Below are positions 8,879-18,806 of a DNA stretch of 64,000 bases, in pieces (position 1 is the first letter of the stretch; each line of letters opens with the position of its first letter). The DNA is from Escherichia coli. Its GTDB lineage: Bacteria > Pseudomonadota > Gammaproteobacteria > Enterobacterales > Enterobacteriaceae. Both the position numbers and the translations under genes were made by a program. The notes beneath the pieces are model-generated. The model made no database searches and was not told the DNA's origin. It saw nothing but the letters and a program-made list of their open reading frames with translations. The stretch is taken from assembly GCF_003790525.1 (NCBI RefSeq), contig NZ_CP033635.1; one strand, written 5' to 3'.

Positions 8879-9649
8879 TCACATTCCCACCTTGTTCATC
8901 TCCAGCGGCACCGCCGAGCGAATCAAATGGTGGCCTTCCAGCTCGATATCGTGGAGATTCTTTTTCACGGTCCGCACATGATCGCGTGCTGCGCGCTGGG
9001 CGACGTGCGGCAGCCGCTGCAACACCGCGTTGTAGATCCGCGCATGCTGGCGATCGATCTGCTTTTTTTGCTGTGGTCGATGGTAGAGATTATTTACGCT
9101 GGCAAACACTGAATTAAACATCAGATCGGTCAATGATTGCAGCGTAAACACCAACACCTGATTGTGAGAAGCCTGACAAATGGCGAGATGGAAAGCGTGA
9201 TCCAACTGCGCATGTTCGATCAGCGAAATCTCTTTGTTGTTCTCACTGGCGGCGAGCATTTTTTCATAACAGCGGGTTATCACAACAAAATCAGCCTGGG
9301 TTCCCAGCGTTGCCGCCAGCCTTGCCGATTCACCCTCCAGCAATGCGCGAACGTCGAGCAGATCGTACAGCGTTCGCGGCTGCGTACTGAACAGATGGAT
9401 CAGCGGGCTGGTGTCCTGCACCCGATTAAGCCGTGCGACACGAGAATCGCGACCCTGCGCCGTTTCAATAATCCCGCGCCCGCGCAGCACGGTCAGCCCT
9501 TCACGCAGTGCGGAGCGTGAGAAGCCGAGCTTTTCACACAGTCGACGTTCCGAGGGAAGCGGCTGACCGACCTTCAGTACGCCGTCGATAATTAACCGTT
9601 CGATACTCTCTGCAACCACTTCGCAAATAGGGCGACGTTCATCTTTCAT
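8879..9649 (-). CDS. glcC: Glycolate operon transcriptional activator GlcC (GntR/FadR family)
   Basis: Start placed at MKDERRPICEVVAESIERLIIDGVL (ATG 9647-9649) inside the longer track ORF; HTH N-terminus and FadR-type C-terminus; divergent from glcD. Confidence 0.9.
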   Translation of the reverse strand: MKDERRPICEVVAESIERLIIDGVLKVGQPLPSERRLCEKLGFSRSALREGLTVLRGRGIIETAQGRDSRVARLNRVQDTSPLIHLFSTQPRTLYDLLDVRALLEGESARLAATLGTQADFVVITRCYEKMLAASENNKEISLIEHAQLDHAFHLAICQASHNQVLVFTLQSLTDLMFNSVFASVNNLYHRPQQKKQIDRQHARIYNAVLQRLPHVAQRAARDHVRTVKKNLHDIELEGHHLIRSAVPLEMNKVGM

Positions 9650-9899
9650 TCCCGGACCTCGTGCACAGGTAGGACCAATTTTTCTGTTCTTAACTCGCAA
9701 AACACGCACATCACGCAAGTGATTATGTTACATCAATTTAACATTAAGTTAACCAGGACAAGGTCACAGAGCTGGAAAAAAAATGGTCTGACCGGTAGCT
9801 AAAGAGATAGACGAAAACGAAAAGCCCGCTTAATAACTGTTCACAGAAGCAGCGCGAAAAAATCAGCTGCCACACAACACAACAAAGCGAACCCTACTC
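9650..9899. promoter_or_regulatory. glcC-glcD divergent promoter/operator region
   Basis: 250-bp intergenic region between divergent glcC and glcD; known organisation of the glc locus. Confidence 0.5.
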
Positions 9900-11399
9900 A
9901 TGAGCATCTTGTACGAAGAGCGTCTTGATGGCGCTTTACCCGATGTCGACCGCACATCGGTACTGATGGCACTGCGTGAGCATGTCCCTGGACTGGAGAT
10001 CCTGCATACCGATGAGGAGATCATTCCTTACGAGTGTGACGGGTTGAGCGCGTATCGCACGCGTCCATTACTGGTTGTTCTGCCTAAGCAGATGGAACAG
10101 GTGACGGCGATTCTGGCTGTCTGCCACCGCCTGCGTGTACCGGTGGTGACCCGTGGTGCAGGCACCGGGCTTTCTGGTGGCGCGCTGCCGCTGGAAAAAG
10201 GTGTGTTGTTGGTGATGGCGCGCTTTAAAGAGATCCTCGACATTAACCCCGTTGGTCGCCGTGCGCGCGTGCAGCCGGGCGTGCGTAACCTGGCGATCTC
10301 CCAGGCCGTTGCGCCGCATAATCTCTATTACGCGCCGGATCCGTCCTCACAAATCGCCTGTTCGATTGGCGGCAATGTGGCGGAAAATGCCGGTGGCGTT
10401 CACTGCCTGAAATATGGTCTAACCGTACATAACCTGCTGAAAATTGAAGTGCAAACGCTGGACGGCGAGGCGCTGACGCTGGGATCGGACGCGCTGGATT
10501 CGCCTGGTTTTGACCTGCTGGCGCTGTTTACCGGATCGGAAGGTATGCTCGGCGTGACCACCGAAGTGACGGTAAAACTGCTGCCGAAGCCGCCCGTGGC
10601 GCGGGTGCTGTTAGCCAGCTTTGACTCGGTAGAAAAAGCCGGACTTGCGGTTGGTGACATCATCGCCAATGGCATTATCCCCGGCGGGCTGGAGATGATG
10701 GATAACCTGTCGATTCGCGCGGCGGAAGATTTTATTCATGCCGGTTATCCCGTCGATGCCGAAGCGATTTTGTTATGCGAACTGGACGGCGTGGAGTCTG
10801 ACGTACAGGAAGACTGCGAGCAGGTTAACGACATCTTGTTGAACGCGGGTGCGACTGACGTCCGTCTGGCACAGGACGAAGCAGAGCGAGTACGTTTCTG
10901 GGCCGGTCGCAAAAATGCGTTCCCGGCGGTAGGACGTATCTCCCCGGATTACTACTGCATGGATGGCACCATCCCGCGCCGCGCCCTGCCTGGCGTACTG
11001 GAAGGCATTGCCCGTTTATCGCAGCAATATGATTTACGCGTTGCCAACGTCTTTCATGCCGGAGACGGCAACATGCACCCGTTAATCCTTTTCGATGCCA
11101 ACGAACCCGGTGAATTTGCCCGCGCGGAAGAGCTGGGCGGGAAGATCCTCGAACTCTGCGTTGAAGTTGGCGGCAGCATCAGTGGGGAACATGGCATTGG
11201 GCGCGAAAAAATCAATCAAATGTGCGCCCAGTTCAACAGCGATGAAATCACGACCTTCCATGCGGTCAAGGCGGCGTTTGACCCCGATGGTTTGCTGAAC
11301 CCAGGAAAAAACATTCCCACGCTACACCGCTGTGCTGAATTTGGTGCCATGCATGTGCATCACGGTCATTTACCTTTTCCTGAACTGGAGCGTTTCTGA
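9900..11399 (+). CDS. glcD: Glycolate oxidase FAD-binding subunit GlcD
   Basis: 499 aa; FAD-binding PCMH-type motif VVTRGAGTGLSGGALP; operon order glcDEFGBA. Confidence 0.95.
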   Translation: MSILYEERLDGALPDVDRTSVLMALREHVPGLEILHTDEEIIPYECDGLSAYRTRPLLVVLPKQMEQVTAILAVCHRLRVPVVTRGAGTGLSGGALPLEKGVLLVMARFKEILDINPVGRRARVQPGVRNLAISQAVAPHNLYYAPDPSSQIACSIGGNVAENAGGVHCLKYGLTVHNLLKIEVQTLDGEALTLGSDALDSPGFDLLALFTGSEGMLGVTTEVTVKLLPKPPVARVLLASFDSVEKAGLAVGDIIANGIIPGGLEMMDNLSIRAAEDFIHAGYPVDAEAILLCELDGVESDVQEDCEQVNDILLNAGATDVRLAQDEAERVRFWAGRKNAFPAVGRISPDYYCMDGTIPRRALPGVLEGIARLSQQYDLRVANVFHAGDGNMHPLILFDANEPGEFARAEELGGKILELCVEVGGSISGEHGIGREKINQMCAQFNSDEITTFHAVKAAFDPDGLLNPGKNIPTLHRCAEFGAMHVHHGHLPFPELERF

Positions 11400-12451
11400 T
11401 GCTACGCGAGTGTGATTACAGCCAGGCGCTGCTGGAGCAGGTGAATCAGGCGATTAGCGATAAAACGCCGCTGGTGATTCAGGGCAGCAATAGCAAAGCC
11501 TTTTTAGGTCGTCCTGTCACCGGGCAAACGCTGGATGTGCGTTGTCATCGCGGCATTGTTAATTACGACCCGACCGAGCTGGTGATAACCGCGCGTGCCG
11601 GAACGCCGCTGGTGGCGATTGAAGCGGCGCTGGAGAGCGCCGGGCAAATGCTCCCCTGCGAGCCGCCGCATTATGGTGAAGAAGCCACCTGGGGCGGGAT
11701 GATCGCCTGCGGGCTGGCGGGGCCGCGTCGCCCGTGGAGTGGTTCGGTCCGCGATTTTGTCCTCGGCACGCGCATCATTACCGGCACTGGAAAACATCTG
11801 CGTTTTGGTGGCGAAGTGATGAAAAACGTTGCCGGATACGATCTCTCACGGTTAATGGCCGGAAGCTACGGTTGTCTGGGTGTGCTCACTGAAATCTCGA
11901 TGAAAGTGTTACCGCGACCACGCGCCACCCTGAGTCTGCGTCGGGAAATCAGCCTGCAAGAAGCCATGAATGAAATCGCCCAGTGGCAACTCCAGCCATT
12001 ACCCATTAGTGGCTTATGTTACTTCGACAATGCGTTGTGGATCCGCCTTGAGGGCGGCGAAGGATCGGTAAAAGCAGCGCGTGAACTGCTGGGTGGCGAA
12101 GAGGTTGCGGATCAGTTCTGGCAGCAATTGCGTGAACAACAACTGCCGTTCTTCTCGTTACCAGGTACCTTATGGCGCATTTCATTACCCAGCGATGCGC
12201 CGATGATGGATTTACCCGGCGAGCAACTGATCGACTGGGGCGGGGCGTTACGCTGGCTGAAATCGACAGCCGATGACAATCAAATCCATCGCATTGCCCG
12301 CAACGCTGGCGGTCATGCGACCCGCTTTAGTGCCGGAGATGGTGGTTTTGCCCCGCTACCGGCTCCTTTATTCCGCTATCACCAGCAGCTTAAACAGCAG
12401 CTCGACCCTTGCGGCGTGTTTAATCCCGGTCGCATGTACGCGGAGCTTTAA
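11399..12451 (+). CDS. glcE: Glycolate oxidase FAD-binding subunit GlcE
   Basis: 350 aa; start overlaps glcD stop; FAD-binding domain. Confidence 0.93.
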   Translation: MLRECDYSQALLEQVNQAISDKTPLVIQGSNSKAFLGRPVTGQTLDVRCHRGIVNYDPTELVITARAGTPLVAIEAALESAGQMLPCEPPHYGEEATWGGMIACGLAGPRRPWSGSVRDFVLGTRIITGTGKHLRFGGEVMKNVAGYDLSRLMAGSYGCLGVLTEISMKVLPRPRATLSLRREISLQEAMNEIAQWQLQPLPISGLCYFDNALWIRLEGGEGSVKAARELLGGEEVADQFWQQLREQQLPFFSLPGTLWRISLPSDAPMMDLPGEQLIDWGGALRWLKSTADDNQIHRIARNAGGHATRFSAGDGGFAPLPAPLFRYHQQLKQQLDPCGVFNPGRMYAEL

Positions 12452-12461
12452 GGAGCAGGCT

Positions 12462-13685
12462 ATGCAAACCCAATTAACCGAAGAGATGCGGCAGAACGCG
12501 CGGGCGCTGGAAGCCGACAGCATCCTGCGCGCCTGTGTTCACTGCGGATTTTGTACCGCAACCTGCCCAACCTATCAGCTCCTGGGCGATGAACTGGACG
12601 GGCCGCGCGGGCGCATCTATCTGATTAAACAGGTGCTGGAAGGCAACGAAGTCACGCTTAAAACACAGGAGCATCTCGATCGCTGTCTCACTTGCCGCAA
12701 TTGTGAAACCACCTGTCCTTCTGGTGTGCGCTATCACAATTTGCTGGATATCGGGCGTGATATTGTCGAGCAGAAAGTGAAACGCCCATTGCCGGAGCGA
12801 ATGCTGCGCGAAGGATTGCGCCAGGTAGTGCCGCGTCCGGCGGTCTTCCGTGCGCTGACGCAGGTAGGACTGGTGCTGCGACCGTTTCTGCCGGAACAGG
12901 TCAGAGCAAAACTGCCCGCCGAAACGGTGAAAGCTAAACCGCGACCACCGCTGCGCCATAAGCGTCGGGTTTTAATGCTGGAAGGCTGCGCCCAGCCTAC
13001 GCTTTCGCCCAACACCAACGCGGCAACTGCGCGAGTGCTGGATCGTCTGGGGATCAGCGTCATGCCAGCTAACGAAGCAGGCTGTTGTGGCGCGGTGGAC
13101 TATCATCTTAATGCGCAAGAGAAAGGGCTGGCGCGGGCGCGAAATAATATTGATGCCTGGTGGCCCGCGATTGAAGCAGGTGCCGAGGCAATTTTGCAAA
13201 CCGCCAGCGGTTGTGGCGCGTTCGTTAAAGAGTATGGGCAGATGCTGAAAAACGATGCGTTATATGCCGATAAAGCGCGTCAGGTCAGTGAGCTGGCGGT
13301 CGATTTAGTCGAACTTCTGCGCGAGGAACCGCTGGAAAAACTGGCAATTCGCGGCGATAAAAAACTGGCCTTCCACTGCCCGTGTACCCTACAACATGCG
13401 CAAAAGCTGAACGGCGAAGTGGAAAAAGTGTTGCTTCGTCTTGGATTTACCTTAACGGACGTTCCCGACAGCCATCTGTGCTGCGGGTCGGCGGGAACAT
13501 ATGCGTTAACGCATCCCGATCTGGCGCGCCAGCTGCGGGATAACAAAATGAATGCGCTGGAAAGCGGCAAACCGGAAATGATCGTCACCGCCAACATTGG
13601 TTGCCAGACGCATCTGGCGAGCGCCGGTCGTACCTCTGTGCGTCACTGGATTGAAATTGTAGAACAAGCCCTTGAAAAGGAATAA
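12462..13685 (+). CDS. glcF: Glycolate oxidase iron-sulfur subunit GlcF
   Basis: Start at MQTQLTEEMRQ (ATG 12462, behind AGGAG); two 4Fe-4S cysteine clusters CVHCGFCTATCP and CLTCRNCETTCP; the track's 12273 start is an upstream out-of-gene extension. Confidence 0.93.
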   Translation: MQTQLTEEMRQNARALEADSILRACVHCGFCTATCPTYQLLGDELDGPRGRIYLIKQVLEGNEVTLKTQEHLDRCLTCRNCETTCPSGVRYHNLLDIGRDIVEQKVKRPLPERMLREGLRQVVPRPAVFRALTQVGLVLRPFLPEQVRAKLPAETVKAKPRPPLRHKRRVLMLEGCAQPTLSPNTNAATARVLDRLGISVMPANEAGCCGAVDYHLNAQEKGLARARNNIDAWWPAIEAGAEAILQTASGCGAFVKEYGQMLKNDALYADKARQVSELAVDLVELLREEPLEKLAIRGDKKLAFHCPCTLQHAQKLNGEVEKVLLRLGFTLTDVPDSHLCCGSAGTYALTHPDLARQLRDNKMNALESGKPEMIVTANIGCQTHLASAGRTSVRHWIEIVEQALEKE

Positions 13686-13689
13686 CAAA

Positions 13690-14094
13690 ATGAAAACTAA
13701 AGTCATTCTTAGCCAGCAAATGGCGAGTGCAATTATTGCCGCAGGTCAGGAAGAGGCGCAGAAAAATAACTGGTCTGTTTCCATTGCTGTTGCCGATGAC
13801 GGCGGTCATCTGCTGGCGTTAAGTCGCATGGACGATTGCGCGCCGATTGCGGCTTACATCTCCCAGGAGAAAGCGCGTACCGCCGCGCTGGGGCGTCGTG
13901 AAACTAAGGGCTATGAAGAGATGGTGAACAACGGACGTACCGCGTTCGTGACTGCGCCGTTACTGACGTCGCTGGAAGGTGGCGTACCGGTTGTTGTGGA
14001 TGGGCAAATTATTGGTGCCGTGGGCGTTTCTGGTTTAACCGGAGCACAGGATGCGCAGGTCGCGAAAGCGGCAGCAGCGGTGTTGGCGAAATAA
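13690..14094 (+). CDS. glcG: GlcG (haem-binding, DUF336-like)
   Basis: Start at MKTKVILSQQ (ATG 13690); 134 aa; position in operon. Confidence 0.9.
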   Translation: MKTKVILSQQMASAIIAAGQEEAQKNNWSVSIAVADDGGHLLALSRMDDCAPIAAYISQEKARTAALGRRETKGYEEMVNNGRTAFVTAPLLTSLEGGVPVVVDGQIIGAVGVSGLTGAQDAQVAKAAAAVLAK

Positions 14095-14115
14095 GCGAAA
14101 ACGAGGAGATAAACA

Positions 14116-16287
14116 ATGAGTCAAACCATAACCCAGGGCCGTTTACGCATTAACGCCAATTTTAAACGTTTTGTGGATGAAGAAGTTTTACCGGGAACAG
14201 GGTTGGACACTGCGGCGTTCTGGCGCAATTTTGATGAGATCGTTCACGATCTGGCACCAGAAAATCGTCAGTTGCTGGCAGAACGCGATCGCATTCAGGC
14301 GGCGCTTGATGAGTGGCATCGCAGCAATCCGGGGCCGGTTAAAGATAAAGAGGCCTATAAATCTTTCCTGCGTGAACTGGGCTACCTGGTGCCACAACCG
14401 GAGCGCGTGACGGTGGAAACCACGGGCATTGACAGCGAAATCACCAGCCAGGCGGGGCCACAGCTGGTGGTTCCGGCAATGAACGCCCGCTACGCGCTGA
14501 ACGCGGCGAACGCTCGCTGGGGCTCACTGTACGATGCGTTATACGGCAGCGACATCATCCCGCAGGAAGGGGCGATGGTCAGCGGCTACGATCCGCAGCG
14601 CGGTGAGCAGGTTATCGCCTGGGTTCGGCGTTTCCTCGATGAATCTCTACCGCTGGAAAACGGCAGCTATCAGGATGTGCTGGCGTTTAAGGTGGTCGAT
14701 AAACAATTACGCATCCAGTTGAAAAATGGTAAAGAAACCACGTTACGTACCCCTGCGCAGTTTGTCGGTTACCGTGGCGATGCCGCTGCGCCGACCTGCA
14801 TTTTGCTGAAAAATAACGGCCTGCATATTGAACTGCAAATTGATGCCAACGGGCGGATTGGCAAAGACGATCCGGCGCACATCAACGATGTTATCGTCGA
14901 AGCGGCCATCAGTACCATTCTCGACTGCGAAGATTCGGTCGCGGCGGTTGATGCGGAAGATAAAATCCTGCTGTACCGCAACCTGCTGGGCCTGATGCAG
15001 GGGACTCTGCAAGAGAAAATGGAGAAAAACGGTCGACAAATCGTGCGTAAACTGAATGACGATCGTCATTACACCGCCGCCGATGGCTCTGAAATTTCTC
15101 TGCACGGACGCTCGCTGCTGTTTATCCGCAACGTGGGTCATTTGATGACCATTCCTGTGATTTGGGACAGCGAAGGCAATGAAATCCCGGAAGGCATTCT
15201 TGATGGCGTCATGACTGGCGCGATTGCCCTCTATGATTTAAAAGTGCAGAAAAACTCGCGCACTGGCAGCGTCTATATTGTGAAACCGAAAATGCACGGT
15301 CCGCAGGAAGTGGCGTTCGCCAACAAACTGTTTACCCGCATTGAGACAATGCTCGGTATGGCACCGAATACCCTGAAAATGGGCATTATGGATGAAGAAC
15401 GTCGGACCTCGCTGAACTTGCGTAGCTGTATCGCTCAGGCGCGCAACCGCGTGGCGTTCATCAATACCGGTTTCCTCGACCGTACCGGCGATGAAATGCA
15501 TTCGGTGATGGAAGCTGGCCCGATGCTGCGTAAAAATCAGATGAAATCGACGCCTTGGATCAAAGCCTACGAGCGTAATAACGTGCTTTCCGGTCTGTTC
15601 TGTGGGCTGCGCGGTAAAGCGCAAATCGGTAAAGGCATGTGGGCAATGCCGGACCTGATGGCAGACATGTACAGCCAGAAGGGCGACCAACTGCGTGCCG
15701 GGGCAAACACAGCCTGGGTTCCGTCACCAACCGCTGCTACGCTCCATGCGCTGCACTACCACCAAACCAACGTACAGAGCGTGCAGGCCAACATTGCCCA
15801 GAGCGAGTTCAATGCTGAATTTGAACCGCTGCTGGACGATCTGCTGACTATTCCGGTGGCTGAAAACGCTAACTGGTCGGTGGAAGAGATCCAACAAGAG
15901 CTGGATAACAACGTGCAGGGGATTCTGGGGTACGTGGTGCGTTGGGTGGAGCAGGGGATTGGTTGTTCAAAAGTGCCGGATATTCACAACGTGGCGCTGA
16001 TGGAAGACCGCGCAACGCTGCGTATCTCCAGCCAGCATATCGCCAACTGGTTACGTCACGGTATTCTGACCAAAGAACAGGTGCAGGCGTCGCTGGAGAA
16101 TATGGCGAAAGTGGTTGATCAGCAAAACGCTGGCGATCCGGCTTATCGTCCGATGGCGGGGAATTTCGCTAACTCGTGTGCTTTTAAAGCTGCCAGCGAT
16201 TTAATCTTCCTCGGCGTGAAACAGCCAAACGGCTATACCGAACCGTTATTACACGCCTGGCGTTTACGCGAAAAAGAAAGTCATTAA
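14116..16287 (+). CDS. glcB: Malate synthase G
   Basis: 723 aa; malate synthase G length and sequence, after glcG, RBS GAGGAG upstream. Confidence 0.95.
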   Translation: MSQTITQGRLRINANFKRFVDEEVLPGTGLDTAAFWRNFDEIVHDLAPENRQLLAERDRIQAALDEWHRSNPGPVKDKEAYKSFLRELGYLVPQPERVTVETTGIDSEITSQAGPQLVVPAMNARYALNAANARWGSLYDALYGSDIIPQEGAMVSGYDPQRGEQVIAWVRRFLDESLPLENGSYQDVLAFKVVDKQLRIQLKNGKETTLRTPAQFVGYRGDAAAPTCILLKNNGLHIELQIDANGRIGKDDPAHINDVIVEAAISTILDCEDSVAAVDAEDKILLYRNLLGLMQGTLQEKMEKNGRQIVRKLNDDRHYTAADGSEISLHGRSLLFIRNVGHLMTIPVIWDSEGNEIPEGILDGVMTGAIALYDLKVQKNSRTGSVYIVKPKMHGPQEVAFANKLFTRIETMLGMAPNTLKMGIMDEERRTSLNLRSCIAQARNRVAFINTGFLDRTGDEMHSVMEAGPMLRKNQMKSTPWIKAYERNNVLSGLFCGLRGKAQIGKGMWAMPDLMADMYSQKGDQLRAGANTAWVPSPTAATLHALHYHQTNVQSVQANIAQSEFNAEFEPLLDDLLTIPVAENANWSVEEIQQELDNNVQGILGYVVRWVEQGIGCSKVPDIHNVALMEDRATLRISSQHIANWLRHGILTKEQVQASLENMAKVVDQQNAGDPAYRPMAGNFANSCAFKAASDLIFLGVKQPNGYTEPLLHAWRLREKESH

Positions 16288-16299
16288 TAGCGTCAAAAA

Positions 16300-16328
16300 A
16301 GCCCCGGCAAGTTTTATTGTCGGGGCTA
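16300..16328 (+). terminator. Hairpin after glcB (partial terminator / attenuator)
   Basis: AGCCCCGG...loop...CGGGGCT stem 13 bp downstream of the glcB stop. Confidence 0.4.
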
Positions 16329-16641
16329 TGATAGTAACTGCGGTAGTACATTTATCCCGGAAATAACCGGAGCGATTATCAGGGTTTAACAATATTAAAT
16401 ACCCGTAGCGCATTACTAGCGGGCCTAAAACAACAATATGGACATCTTAACGATATTCTGCGCCTGCGTGTGCGGAACAGAAACCCTTACCCGATATACT
16501 TGTTATGCCAGAGGTAGCAATTGCGTTAGCAGCGTACTGTTGCTGTAAAGTATAACGCCTATATTTTACAGTTCAGTCCTCTTTTGCTTATTACAACCTT
16601 AAGTATATCAAGCATATAAAGATAATAAGAGACTGAACAAT

Positions 16642-18324
16642 ATGGTTAGCTGGACCCAAATGTATATGCCGATGGGAGGACTGGGGCTATCCGCTCTGGT
16701 CGCCCTGATCCCGATAATATTCTTCTTCGTTGCACTCGCGGTATTACGTCTGAAAGGACATGTCGCTGGAGCAATAACCCTTATATTATCTATCCTGATT
16801 GCAATATTCGCCTTTAAAATGCCGATTGATATGGCATTTGCTGCTGCGGGCTATGGCTTTATTTATGGATTATGGCCTATTGCGTGGATTATTGTTGCGG
16901 CGGTGTTCCTCTATAAATTAACCGTTGCCAGCGGTCAGTTCGATATTATCCGCAGCTCGGTTATCTCCATCACTGACGATCAGCGTTTACAGGTGTTACT
17001 GATTGGTTTCTCCTTTGGCGCGCTGCTGGAAGGGGCGGCTGGCTTTGGTGCGCCGGTGGCGATTACCGGTGCGCTGCTGGTGGGCCTGGGCTTCAAACCG
17101 TTATACGCGGCGGGGCTGTGTCTGATTGCCAATACTGCGCCGGTGGCGTTTGGTGCGTTGGGCGTGCCGATTCTGGTCGCCGGTCAGGTAACGGGAATCG
17201 ATCCGTTCCACATTGGCGCAATGGCGGGACGTCAGTTACCGTTCCTGTCGGTTCTTGTGCCGTTCTGGCTGGTAGCAATGATGGACGGCTGGAAAGGGGT
17301 GAAAGAGACGTGGCCAGCGGCGCTGGTTGCTGGGGGAAGCTTCGCTGTCACGCAGTTCTTTACCTCTAACTATATTGGTCCGGAACTGCCGGATATTACT
17401 TCGGCGCTGGTGAGTATCGTCTCACTCGCTTTATTCCTTAAAGTCTGGCGGCCGAAAAATACCGAAACGGCAATCAGCATGGGACAATCCGCAGGTGCGA
17501 TGGTGGTGAATAAACCGTCTTCTGGCGGTCCCGTGCCTTCAGAATATAGTCTGGGGCAAATCATTCGTGCGTGGTCACCGTTTTTAATCTTAACGGTGCT
17601 GGTCACCATCTGGACCATGAAGCCGTTTAAAGCGTTATTTGCTCCGGGCGGCGCGTTTTATTCACTGGTGATTAATTTCCAGATCCCTCATTTGCATCAA
17701 CAAGTGTTGAAAGCGGCACCCATTGTCGCCCAACCAACGCCAATGGATGCGGTGTTTAAATTCGACCCTCTCTCAGCTGGCGGCACCGCTATTTTTATTG
17801 CGGCGATTATCTCTATCTTCATCCTCGGCGTGGGCATCAAGAAAGGGATTGGCGTCTTTGCCGAAACGCTAATTAGTCTGAAGTGGCCGATATTGTCGAT
17901 TGGCATGGTGCTGGCGTTCGCCTTCGTCACCAACTATTCCGGTATGTCCACCACGCTGGCGCTGGTACTGGCAGGTACAGGCGTGATGTTCCCGTTTTTC
18001 TCACCGTTTCTCGGCTGGCTGGGCGTATTCCTTACCGGCTCGGACACCTCCTCTAACGCCCTGTTTGGTTCACTGCAATCGACCACGGCGCAGCAAATCA
18101 ACGTCTCTGACACTCTGCTGGTGGCAGCAAATACCAGCGGCGGCGTAACTGGCAAGATGATCTCCCCGCAATCTATCGCCGTGGCCTGCGCCGCGACGGG
18201 CATGGTGGGCCGAGAATCTGAACTGTTCCGCTACACCGTGAAGCACAGTCTGATTTTTGCCAGCGTTATCGGCATTATCACGCTGTTGCAGGCGTATGTG
18301 TTTACTGGGATGTTAGTCTCGTAA
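16642..18324 (+). CDS. glcA: Glycolate/lactate permease GlcA (LctP family)
   Basis: 560 aa, polytopic membrane protein, LctP-family sequence, last gene of glc locus. Confidence 0.95.
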   Translation: MVSWTQMYMPMGGLGLSALVALIPIIFFFVALAVLRLKGHVAGAITLILSILIAIFAFKMPIDMAFAAAGYGFIYGLWPIAWIIVAAVFLYKLTVASGQFDIIRSSVISITDDQRLQVLLIGFSFGALLEGAAGFGAPVAITGALLVGLGFKPLYAAGLCLIANTAPVAFGALGVPILVAGQVTGIDPFHIGAMAGRQLPFLSVLVPFWLVAMMDGWKGVKETWPAALVAGGSFAVTQFFTSNYIGPELPDITSALVSIVSLALFLKVWRPKNTETAISMGQSAGAMVVNKPSSGGPVPSEYSLGQIIRAWSPFLILTVLVTIWTMKPFKALFAPGGAFYSLVINFQIPHLHQQVLKAAPIVAQPTPMDAVFKFDPLSAGGTAIFIAAIISIFILGVGIKKGIGVFAETLISLKWPILSIGMVLAFAFVTNYSGMSTTLALVLAGTGVMFPFFSPFLGWLGVFLTGSDTSSNALFGSLQSTTAQQINVSDTLLVAANTSGGVTGKMISPQSIAVACAATGMVGRESELFRYTVKHSLIFASVIGIITLLQAYVFTGMLVS

Positions 18325-18333
18325 ATCAATAAT

Positions 18334-18360
18334 GCCGGATGATCGTTAATATCATCCGGC
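18334..18360 (+). terminator. Rho-independent-type hairpin after glcA
   Basis: GCCGGATGAT-cgttaat-ATCATCCGGC perfect 10-bp stem immediately after the glcA stop, followed by T-rich sequence. Confidence 0.6.
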
Positions 18361-18806
18361 TTCATTTACATTACTCTGTCTTATTAATGGAAAATTATTT
18401 CCCGCTTTATTATCCATGTGGCAATAATGTTTCGCGTTCAGATAACCTGCTAAATAATTAAGAGCGTGAGAACATCTATTATTTATCACGCAAAACAAGT
18501 CAGTATTAATTATGTTCGCTTGATGAGCAAACACCGTTCTATCTGTTGCTTTTGCAATCTTAATCGTTAAAACTACCAACAAATTTATATAGTTACGTTG
18601 TGAAAAGTTGTTGATTTTTTGTTTAATGAAATTTCGTAAAAATCACCAGCCAGACATCGAATAGGGGGGGTCTTATAAACTTTACCTGTTTTTCTATCAA
18701 TGATGCCGTTTTCTTAAGAATGGAGGAAGTTATTAAAGAAGATAAAGCATAAAACTATTTCCCCGGTTACGAATCTTTTAACTTTGTTTTGTCACTTGCG
18801 TTATTA
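18361..18806. promoter_or_regulatory. AT-rich upstream regulatory region of sslE (yghJ)
   Basis: about 450 bp of AT-rich DNA with A/T tracts before the lipoprotein gene; candidate nucleoid-protein-bound promoter. Confidence 0.4.

Noticed and set aside
8860..9520. Plus-strand ORFs 8860..9117, 8927..9112 and 9137..9520 overlapping glcC
   Set aside because: Antisense to glcC, which has a clear GntR-family translation and the expected position divergent from glcD.
12273..12461. Track's upstream-extended start for glcF (and similar extensions for glcG 13672, glcC 9718, gspG 30560, kpsM 36263, kpsF 57770, lptG-like 2008, dnaB-like 61004)
   Set aside because: The extensions overlap the preceding gene or lack an RBS, while internal ATGs give N-termini matching the known proteins and sit behind Shine-Dalgarno sequences.
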